A DNA stretch of 41,753 bases from Thermoprotei archaeon (lineage in GTDB: Archaea > Thermoproteota > Thermoprotei_A > Sulfolobales > NBVN01): positions 1-41,753 of the forward strand of contig QMWS01000002.1 in assembly GCA_003661745.1 (NCBI GenBank), in the 5' to 3' direction. Of this stretch, positions 35,643 to 41,753 are shown one piece after another. The notes below the pieces were generated by a model. That model searched no databases. It worked only from the letters and a program-made list of their open reading frames with translations, and was not told where the DNA came from. The position numbers were made by a program, and so were the translations under genes. The first letter of the stretch is position 1. Each line of letters begins with the position of its first letter.

Positions 35643-36033
35643 CCACGACCTCCTCAACCAGCTTCAGCTTCACCTCGCCGTCGTGCATGTGCCGAACCCG
35701 CTGGCCGTACACCTCGGGACGGCGTGATGTGAGAATAAACGTCAATAATTTATCGCTACTTTCTTGAGCACGCTTCCAGGCAATAGCCTCGAGACCATCC
35801 AGCGCCTCTTCCAGCGCCTCGTCCCACGCCGCCTCGAACGTCTTCCAGCGCCGTCGCGCACAGTACGCACCGCCTCGCGTAATACCAGCGGCCTGACAGG
35901 CGGCGCGCACGTTCGCGGTGTTCCGCAGCGCCGCGATAAACCTGGCCATCCACGGCCGCGGCAAGTCGCGCCTCCGGCCGATCAGCGGCCCCAGCTCCCC
36001 TGTACCGCCTTTTCTGCTCTCCCTCTTGCTCAT
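35596..36033 (-). CDS. terS: terminase small subunit (HTH type)
   Basis: 145 aa directly upstream of terL. It has an HTH-like segment NVRAACQAAGITRGGAYCARR. Confidence 0.7.
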   Translation of the reverse strand: MSKRESRKGGTGELGPLIGRRRDLPRPWMARFIAALRNTANVRAACQAAGITRGGAYCARRRWKTFEAAWDEALEEALDGLEAIAWKRAQESSDKLLTFILTSRRPEVYGQRVRHMHDGEVKLKLVEEVVVAGAEDQAESEAESV

Positions 36034-37487
36034 ACCTCCAACTCCGGATTCAAACCATCATCTGCGAATCTCTCCAGGGCGACGGCGACGTAGCGAGGCT
36101 CGCGTTCTGTGGCTATGCATCTCCGCCGCAATCGCTCGCACGCCAGAAGCGTCGTCCCCGACCCGAGGAACGGCTCCCACACCAGGTCGCCCTGCTCGCT
36201 ATAGACCTCGATCGCGCGCAGCGGCAGCTCCAGCGGGAACGCTGCGACGTGATATCGCAACGGCGAGCCTTCGGCGTCGTGCGTACTCCAGACTGCGTGG
36301 ACGGACATGCGCCACTTCCGGCGTGGCAGGCGGCGCTCCTTGCCGCCCTTCGACCTGAACGTCCATACGAAATCATATCCCTCGATGGGCACTCCTGAAA
36401 ATACCCTCCACAAATTCTCCAGCCACTGCTGGGCTACAATATCGTCCTCCAGCAACTCCGTGGATCGTTGCGGCACCCGCCTGATAACCAGCTCCTCCGG
36501 CTCGTCGTCCTCGCCCCCGGGCGCGCGGAACGACCACACGTACTCCCACTCCTGATGGTGTGGGATCGTTGAGTGGTACGACCAGAACGGTGCCGGAAGG
36601 CGCTCGAAGGGCTTCCGCCAGATCCGATTCGCCCAAAGCTTCCAACCGTGACGACGGAAGCGCTCGTTGTAGATGCACGACATCAGGAAGACGCCGTAAC
36701 TCGCGTCCCCCGTAATGCGCTCGACGATGCTCTTGACGTAGATGTCGCCGAAGTTGACGACGAAGTAGCCGCCAGGAATCACAACACGCGCGCCGACCTC
36801 AGCAGTCTTGTCGATCAGCTCCACCAGGTCGCCGAACGCCTCCCCCTCCTCGTACTCCTTACCCACGCCGTAGGGCGGCGACGTCACCGCCATGCGCGCC
36901 CGCTCACCAGCGAAAAGCGCCTCCACCGCCTCGATGTCCGTGCAGTCGCCCACAAGCAGCTTGTGCTCCCCGACCCGCCAGACCTGACCAGGCTCGACCC
37001 CCCACTTCTCGCGCAGCTCCTCCGCCTCGTCCACGCGCGGCTCAGCGGTCTCGTCGGAGTCCGAATCGAACTCCCTACCTATCCCTTCCGCAAGGCTGTC
37101 GAGCAAGTCGCGCACCGCGTCGTTGCCCGTCTGCACGTCGCTCAGAAGATCCGCCAGCGCCTCGGGATCCGTCTCCGCCGCCGCAGCCAGCGGATCCAGC
37201 GTCGCGAGCGTAAGCTTCTCCTCGTCCTCATCGAGGTCAACGTACAGGACAGGTATGGTCGGCTCTTTGCGTGACAGGGCCAGCGCCACGCGCAGGTGGC
37301 CGTCCAGGATGAAGCCGGTGCGCTTGTTCACGATGACCTGCTGCACCCAGCCAACCTCGTCAAGAACGCCCTCCAACGCTCCCCGCTGCGCATCAGGGTG
37401 CGCGCGCCAGTTCCGCGGATTCGCGACGAGATCGCCAGGTGGCACGTCCGCACTACCAACTATCCGATTCCTCCAACGTCGCTTCAC
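36030..37487 (-). CDS. ParB-like nuclease domain fused to a beta-class N6A/N4C DNA methyltransferase
   Basis: N-terminus: NPRNWRAHP...VIVNKRTGFILDGHLRV (ParB/Srx fold). Middle: VTSPPYG (motif IV). C-terminus: VWEPFLGSGTT (motif I). Confidence 0.85.
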   Translation of the reverse strand: MKRRWRNRIVGSADVPPGDLVANPRNWRAHPDAQRGALEGVLDEVGWVQQVIVNKRTGFILDGHLRVALALSRKEPTIPVLYVDLDEDEEKLTLATLDPLAAAAETDPEALADLLSDVQTGNDAVRDLLDSLAEGIGREFDSDSDETAEPRVDEAEELREKWGVEPGQVWRVGEHKLLVGDCTDIEAVEALFAGERARMAVTSPPYGVGKEYEEGEAFGDLVELIDKTAEVGARVVIPGGYFVVNFGDIYVKSIVERITGDASYGVFLMSCIYNERFRRHGWKLWANRIWRKPFERLPAPFWSYHSTIPHHQEWEYVWSFRAPGGEDDEPEELVIRRVPQRSTELLEDDIVAQQWLENLWRVFSGVPIEGYDFVWTFRSKGGKERRLPRRKWRMSVHAVWSTHDAEGSPLRYHVAAFPLELPLRAIEVYSEQGDLVWEPFLGSGTTLLACERLRRRCIATEREPRYVAVALERFADDGLNPELEV

Positions 37488-37855
37488 TCTACTAACCTCA
37501 CTGCAACCTCGACCACAGCGTTCAGGCCCGCCTCACGAGCCTCCCGCACCAGCCGCCTAGCATCTCCACGCGACAGGCCGCGCACCACGCCCTGTTCGCG
37601 CAGGAGCTCAAGGTCGTTCGTTCGACCGAGCCACGCCCGCGCCGCGTCCTCCACGGAGCGCGCCGTCTGGTAGATCGTTCCCTCTGCGCGGTCAGGGCAC
37701 ATCTCGCGGTGCACCTCCACCGCCGCCTTCCAGGCGCTCTCGCCATCAATCATCTTCATGAGGATCGCGCGGCGCACTTCGCTCCAGTGCTCCGCCGCCT
37801 CACGGAAGAAGCGCATTCGCTCCTCGTACGGCACCGACATCAGTATGTTCGACAC
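37484..37855 (-). CDS. hypothetical protein
   Basis: 123-aa ORF with a GTG start after AGGAGGG and a GTGA overlap with the next gene. Confidence 0.6.
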   Translation of the reverse strand: MSNILMSVPYEERMRFFREAAEHWSEVRRAILMKMIDGESAWKAAVEVHREMCPDRAEGTIYQTARSVEDAARAWLGRTNDLELLREQGVVRGLSRGDARRLVREAREAGLNAVVEVAVRLVE

Positions 37856-37874
37856 TTTTCCCTCCTGTCTATGT

Positions 37875-38087
37875 CTACTGCCCTACTGCCAGGGCAAGTG
37901 ATAGGACGAGCCAAAGTAGAACCGCCAGACCGGCCAGCAGCTGGTCGCCCTCGTCGTACTCCTGCCCGCCGCGCACCCACAGCACGACCTTACCGGCGGC
38001 AACCGCGACCAGCGCGCCGACCAGGACGATCACGTGGATCGCCAACCATCTCAGCAGCACTCCAGATAGCGTCGTGTCCATGCCCAC
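37875..38087 (-). CDS. small membrane protein (two hydrophobic helices)
   Basis: LLRWLAIHVIVLVGALVAVAA and LLAGLAVLLWLVLSLALAV. It is the first ORF after AT-rich element copy C. Confidence 0.55.
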   Translation of the reverse strand: MGMDTTLSGVLLRWLAIHVIVLVGALVAVAAGKVVLWVRGGQEYDEGDQLLAGLAVLLWLVLSLALAVGQ

Positions 38088-38138
38088 AAATCTACCACAT
38101 CTCCCGCCAGCGATATAACAGCATTTCCTCGCCCGCGC

Positions 38139-38215
38139 GAAATTTCCCCTTTATTTTTGAAGAGAATGAATCTTATAAAGTTATATATCGAACGCGCCCT
38201 TAGTTTAAGAAGGCA
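38139..38215 (-). promoter_or_regulatory. AT-rich promoter-like element, copy C, upstream of the packaging/structural operon
   Basis: It shares the ~62-bp core GAAATT(T)CCCCTTTATTTTTGAAGAG(A/G)(A/G)TGAATCTTATAAAGTTATATATCGAACGCGCC with copies A and B. The distal part diverges. Confidence 0.5.
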
Positions 38216-38297
38216 TTTTGAGCGGATGATCAGATACGCCAATCGCCCCGGTGCATTTACACGCCAGGGCGATTAGGCTACAATCCTGGTAGACCCC

Positions 38298-38335
38298 GGC
38301 GCGAGGCCACCGCCCCCTCCCGGTGGCCCCGCGCC
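38298..38335 (-). terminator. GC-rich hairpin after the 38354 gene (terminator-like, no U-tract)
   Basis: GGCGCGAGGCCACCG-ccccctcc-CGGTGGCCCCGCGCC, with one mismatch. It lies between an early gene stop and element copy C. Confidence 0.45.
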
Positions 38336-38353
38336 GTCCACCACGAACCTGGT

Positions 38354-38680
38354 CTAGCAGGCGAGGAAGAACTTGCTTATCTCCTTCGCGAGCGTCGCCT
38401 TCTCCTCGCTGCCCAGTGCCAGTTCTTCGAGGAGCTCGACCGCCGCTTGCAGCGCCTCGTTGTAGCGCGTCTCCGCCGCGCGCAGCTCGTCGCGGAGCCC
38501 CCTGGTGAATGCCGCGTACTCTTTCCGCGTCATCCCGAGCTCCTCTCGCATCTCGTCCGCCGTCTCCCAGTCCAGTTCGTCGTACGGAACTGGGAAGTCC
38601 TCCGCGCGCTCCTGCGCGCGTAGCTTGGCGCCTGTCGCTTTTTCCAGCTCTTCGACGATCCTCTTGGCCTTGGCTTTCAT
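38354..38680 (-). CDS. hypothetical protein
   Basis: I prefer the ATG at 38680 (MKAKAKRIVE) because GAGGAGG precedes it. The sequence is charged and helical in character. Confidence 0.6.
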   Translation of the reverse strand: MKAKAKRIVEELEKATGAKLRAQERAEDFPVPYDELDWETADEMREELGMTRKEYAAFTRGLRDELRAAETRYNEALQAAVELLEELALGSEEKATLAKEISKFFLAC

Positions 38681-38731
38681 CGTTGCCTCCTCGTTCGTTA
38701 TCACCACCATCATATCACATGGTGTAAATAC

Positions 38732-39079
38732 CTAGACGACCGCGAGCGCGCGAGCGCCGAGGATCCGTCCGTTCTCGTCCCGGATCAGCGCCGCCGGAAT
38801 CACGACCAGGTAGCCAGCGTCCTCCGGCGTCGGCCCGAGCGCCTGCGCCAGGAGCGCCGAGACCACGTAGACGTGGCCCGGCCTGAACTCTGGCAGGCCC
38901 TGCGGCTTGCCGAAACGCTTCCGGATCACCGGCACGTCCACGCCCTCCGCGCAGACCGTGCCGACGACCTCTGTCTCCTCCTCCAGCCGCGGCGGGCTGT
39001 CGCAGCGGTCGATCGTGATCGACAGCCCGTTGCCGTTGCAGATGGTCACCGGGTGTGGAGTTAGATTAACAATCTTCAT
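38732..39079 (-). CDS. hypothetical protein whose RBS and first codons form the terminal copy of the 69-bp array
   Basis: MKIVNLTPHPVTICNG... RBS GGAGTTGGAGTG. The ORF is also open upstream to 39151 and 39205 through two degenerate repeat units. Confidence 0.65.
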   Translation of the reverse strand: MKIVNLTPHPVTICNGNGLSITIDRCDSPPRLEEETEVVGTVCAEGVDVPVIRKRFGKPQGLPEFRPGHVYVVSALLAQALGPTPEDAGYLVVIPAALIRDENGRILGARALAVV

Positions 39080-39862
39080 CACTCCAACTCCATCCGGTCG
39101 TGGCGCGTCGGCTGGCACCAAGTCTGGATTTGAACTAATTAATTTCATCATTTCAACTCCATCGAGCCGCGGCGCTCGGCGGCGCCCCTGGTCGGCGTCG
39201 GGCATGGAGTTGAACTAATTAATTTCATCAACTCAACTCTAGACTCCGTGTCGACCTCGGCTGACGCGAAGTCTCGACTTAGACTGATTAATTTCATCAA
39301 CTCAACTCCATCGCGCGCTGCGCCTCCGGCCGACCCGAAGTCTCGACTTAGACTAATTAATTTCATCAATTCAACTCTAGACTTCGCGGCGTCCCCGGTC
39401 GACGCGAAGTCTCGACTTAGACTAATTAATTTCATCAACTCAACTCTAGACTTCGCGTCGCCCTCGGTCGACCCGAAGTCTCGACTTAGACTAATTAATT
39501 TCATCAACTCAACTCCATCGCGCGCGGCGTCCTCGGCCAACGCCAGATCTAGACTTAGACTAATTAATTTCATCAACTCAACTCTAGACTTCGTGCCGAC
39601 CTCGGCCAGCGCCAGATCTAGACTTAGACTAATTAATTTCATCAACTCAACTCTAGACTTCGTGCCGACCTCGGCCGACCCGAAGTCTCGACTTAGACTA
39701 ATTAATTTCATCAACTCAACTCGAGACTTCTGGTCGGCCTCGGCCGACCAGAAGTCTCGACTTAGACTAATTAATTTCATCAACTCAACTCTAGACTTCG
39801 TGCCGACCTCGGCCAACGCGAAGTCTCGACTTAGACTAATTAATTTCATCAACTCAACTCCG
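39061..39862 (-). repeat. tandem array of 12 units of about 69 bp
   Basis: Units start at 39061, 39130, 39210, 39279, 39348, 39417, 39486, 39555, 39624, 39693, 39762 and 39831. Each has a conserved AT-rich core TTAGACTAATTAATTTCATCAACTCAACTC plus a variable GC-rich segment flanked by inverted arms. Confidence 0.95.
39148..39849 (-). other. open frame through ten array units (23-aa repeat MKLISLSRDFxSAExxxKSRVEL); coding status unresolved
   Basis: The period is 69 bp, which is 23 codons. The ATG at 39849 shares one base with the upstream TGA, and the stop overlaps the next ATG. Against coding: the core uses AT-rich codons (TTA, CTA, ATT, AGT, AAA) and the opposite strand is also open. Confidence 0.3.
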
Positions 39863-40580
39863 GATCCAGGTGCTCTGCGGTGTACCCCGCGGGTACCGCG
39901 ACCCGCATGCTGACGTGCCCGCCGTGGTACCCCCTGCTGTGCACCACGGACAAGACCTTAACGGCGTCCGTGTCGCCGTCAATCTCCAAGAGATCTAACT
40001 GCCACTCCTTGTACCGCCCCCCTGGTGAGATATAGGCCGCCACGCGGCCATCGTGATCCCGGACAACCACCGGCATCTCCCAGAAGCCCGCGCCGATTTG
40101 ACGGTTCGTCGGCCCGCCGAAGTTGACGGCGACGATTTCCACGTCCGCGTTCTCCTCGGTCTCCTCAATCGCCATCAGCTCCTCTTCGACCCTGTCCAAC
40201 CTCTTGGCGTCGCCGGGCCAATGCGCGCGGACGTACTCCTGCGCCGCCGGGATCGTGACGCGGAGGGCCTCGGCGACGTCGATCCATCGATCGATCGGCC
40301 GTGGGAAGCCGACCGCTTTCCGGAGACCTTCGACGAAGCGGCCGGTCTCCCAGCCCTCGTACCCTGCGATCGCCCGCACGCCCGGGGCCAGCTTCATGCG
40401 ATAATGGTTCGCCGACCACTTGCCGTTTTTCGTGTACCCGTGGCCGACGACCACGGCCACGCCGGGGATCGTCTCCCCGCAGAAGTGGTGCACGCGGTCG
40501 TCCTTGATCAGGACGAGCCACCGCTCACGCCGCCGGTTCCCGATCCCGTCCGACCACTCTAATCCTCTTTCTTCCGCCAT
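39849..40580 (-). CDS. hypothetical protein
   Basis: 243-aa ORF with RBS AGGAGGACAGAA. Its last codons lie in the first array unit. No motif recognised. Confidence 0.65.
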   Translation of the reverse strand: MAEERGLEWSDGIGNRRRERWLVLIKDDRVHHFCGETIPGVAVVVGHGYTKNGKWSANHYRMKLAPGVRAIAGYEGWETGRFVEGLRKAVGFPRPIDRWIDVAEALRVTIPAAQEYVRAHWPGDAKRLDRVEEELMAIEETEENADVEIVAVNFGGPTNRQIGAGFWEMPVVVRDHDGRVAAYISPGGRYKEWQLDLLEIDGDTDAVKVLSVVHSRGYHGGHVSMRVAVPAGYTAEHLDPELS

Positions 40581-40630
40581 TTCTGTCCTCCTGTCGTTTT
40601 GTCGTCTTGCGGCTAGTGTGCCGCCACCAA

Positions 40631-40650
40631 GGCTGTAGTCGCCTACAGCC
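40631..40650 (-). other. small intergenic hairpin
   Basis: GGCTGTAG-tcgc-CTACAGCC, between the 40666 stop and the 40580 start. Confidence 0.3.
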
Positions 40651-40665
40651 CTGGCGGGCGACGCG

Positions 40666-40854
40666 CTAGCTGGCCTCTTCGCGCTTGCAATAGACGTTGA
40701 TAACCAGGTCGAAGAACGCCCGCGCGCTCTCGTCGGCGTCCCCCTCGAACCGCATCGGCGGGCCGAGGAAAAGAGTGCCCACGAGGGTGTCGTCCTTGAA
40801 GAACTTGATCGTGGCCGCTTCTCGCCCGAGCTCGATCCGTTGGCCTTCGTTCAT
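40666..40854 (-). CDS. hypothetical small protein
   Basis: MNEGQRIELG..., 62 aa, preceded by GAGAGGAGGAAG. The longer 188-aa ORF-track version overlaps the zinc-ribbon gene and is Arg/Ala/Gly-rich. Confidence 0.55.
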   Translation of the reverse strand: MNEGQRIELGREAATIKFFKDDTLVGTLFLGPPMRFEGDADESARAFFDLVINVYCKREEAS

Positions 40855-40904
40855 CTGCTTCCTCCTCTCGTCGTATTCGGCGGCGCCCGCGCGCCGCTCG
40901 TCTC

Positions 40905-41237
40905 TTAACTGGTTTCCGGCCAGCCCCACAGGTACCGTCCACGTTCGGACACCGGTACGTCCCGTCGGCGCCAGCGCGTCGGCACGTATGTCGTCACCTG
41001 GTCGTAGACCGCACCTCGTATTGGTTCGAAGAAGCGCTCGATTTTCCGCACGTTCCCGTCCTCGCACTCGGCGAGCGCCGCCGCAATCCGCAGCCGCCAC
41101 GGCCGCGCGACCAGCTCGGCGCCGCAGTCCGGACACTCCTCCCGAACCGCGCGAAGCTCCGCGATCTCGTCTGCCCCGAACTCGTACCGCTCCATGTGCT
41201 CGCAGCGCGTGCAATAGAGCTCGAAGTCCCACCTCAC
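40905..41237 (-). CDS. zinc-ribbon protein
   Basis: CTRC ... CPDC cysteine pairs. GTG start preceded by AAGGAGG. Confidence 0.6.
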   Translation of the reverse strand: MRWDFELYCTRCEHMERYEFGADEIAELRAVREECPDCGAELVARPWRLRIAAALAECEDGNVRKIERFFEPIRGAVYDQVTTYVPTRWRRRDVPVSERGRYLWGWPETS

Positions 41238-41318
41238 GTCTTCCTCCTTGTCTTCGTCGGCGCCCGCCCCGTCCCGCCGCGTCCGTCGCGCCCCGCGCGG
41301 TCGCGCTCGAGAAGAAGC

Positions 41319-41350
41319 GGTCGCCGGAGCCGTTCCCGGCTCCGGCGACC
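41319..41350 (-). terminator. rho-independent-type terminator
   Basis: GGTCGCCGGAGCC-gttccc-GGCTCCGGCGACC is a perfect 13-bp stem. On the minus strand it is followed by GCTTCTTCTC and begins 8 nt after the 41358 stop. Confidence 0.6.
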
Positions 41351-41357
41351 CTCGCCG

Positions 41358-41627
41358 CTAGGCGAGGACTACCACCGCGTTCCCGACCTCGTCCACCAGG
41401 ATCGCGTCCCCCGCTTCGACCGCGGTCGTCCGCGCGGTGAGGCCCTCGTGCGCTTCCTCGCCGAACGCCCAGATCGCGTCGGTTAGGAGCTCTCCGAGCG
41501 GCGCCTCCCAGGTCTCGCCCCAGCGGTCGCCGACGTGTCGGACGCGTGCGTCCTCGCCGTACCTCTTAACTACCTCTCCGAACGCTCCCGGCCAGTTCTC
41601 CTCGAACCGAACTTCTGCTTTTTCCAC
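41358..41627 (-). CDS. hypothetical protein
   Basis: I prefer the GTG at 41627 (VEKAEVRFEENW) because AGGAGAAG precedes it. The upstream part of the 128-aa ORF is Arg-rich and of low complexity. Confidence 0.5.
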   Translation of the reverse strand: MEKAEVRFEENWPGAFGEVVKRYGEDARVRHVGDRWGETWEAPLGELLTDAIWAFGEEAHEGLTARTTAVEAGDAILVDEVGNAVVVLA

Positions 41628-41753
41628 CGTTCTTCTCCTGTTAAGGTTCTTGCGGCGTTCGCGCCGCCGCCGCTTCCGGAGCTCCGCTCCGGCCGTCGCG
41701 GCGGTTCGCCCGCCCGTCCCGTCCGTTCGAGAACAATTTACCACGTTTCGGCC

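Noticed and set aside
38240-38360. tRNA or tmRNA-like gene in the structured intergenic region.
   Set aside because: The stems do not form a cloverleaf. There are no T-loop (GTTCGAATC-like) or D-loop consensus sequences and no acceptor-stem geometry.
38732-39205. The 157-aa version of the gene downstream of the array, starting at 39205.
   Set aside because: The start at 39205 has no RBS, and the first 42 residues are translated degenerate repeat units. The ATG at 39079 has GGAGTTGGAGTG upstream. An intermediate start at 39151 or 39148 cannot be excluded and is discussed in the findings.
39061-39862. Possible CRISPR array: regular ~69-bp period with a ~35-bp conserved part and a ~35-bp variable part.
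   Set aside because: The 'spacers' are variants of one another (same GC-rich consensus with point changes), not unrelated sequences. The conserved part is AT-rich and contains an SD-ATG. No cas genes or leader are present. A CRISPR finder would probably give a false positive here.
40666-41232. 188-aa minus-strand ORF overlapping the zinc-ribbon gene.
   Set aside because: Its first ~125 residues are Arg/Gly/Ala-rich and overlap 40905..41237, which has CxxC pairs and an AAGGAGG RBS. Only the last 62 aa, from the ATG at 40854 with its own strong RBS, look genuine.

Overview
This GC-rich 41.7-kb window looks like most of a tailed dsDNA phage or prophage genome. It is siphovirus-like: there is a tape measure gene and no sheath gene. 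Every credible gene is on the minus strand, so transcription runs right to left. Many neighbouring genes have overlapping stop and start codons (ATGA, GTGA, TGATG, TAGTG).

Gene order, right to left:
- 41744-38354: small early-type genes, including a zinc-ribbon protein, interrupted by a 12-copy 69-bp tandem array at 39061-39862.
- 38139-38215: an AT-rich promoter-like element.
- 38087-8365: the packaging and morphogenesis operon. It contains a ParB-domain DNA methyltransferase, TerS and TerL, then a five-gene glycan-modification cassette. The cassette holds a two-domain glycosyltransferase, a truncated nucleotide-sugar dehydrogenase, an Stf0-like sulfotransferase, a SAM methyltransferase and an unknown protein. 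After it come the portal, a MuF protein with a C-terminal ADP-ribosyltransferase-like domain, scaffold, HK97-type capsid, connectors, two paralogous tail tube genes, chaperone, tape measure, minor tail proteins, a 1520-aa fibre and a two-domain lysin.
- 8288-8327: a hairpin terminator, followed by two tandem copies of the same AT-rich element at 8057-8260.
- 8052-1: the replication and recombination module. It contains RuvC-like, SNF2, Cas4-like nuclease, Sak4/AAA_24 ATPase, an unexpected FAD oxidoreductase, DUF669 SSB, PrimPol and a partial SF1 helicase that runs off the left edge.

I saw no tRNA, rRNA, integrase, repressor or true CRISPR array. The items most worth follow-up are the 69-bp array and the glycosylation/sulfation cassette between terminase and portal. 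All functional calls come from motifs read by eye plus gene order. No database search was run.
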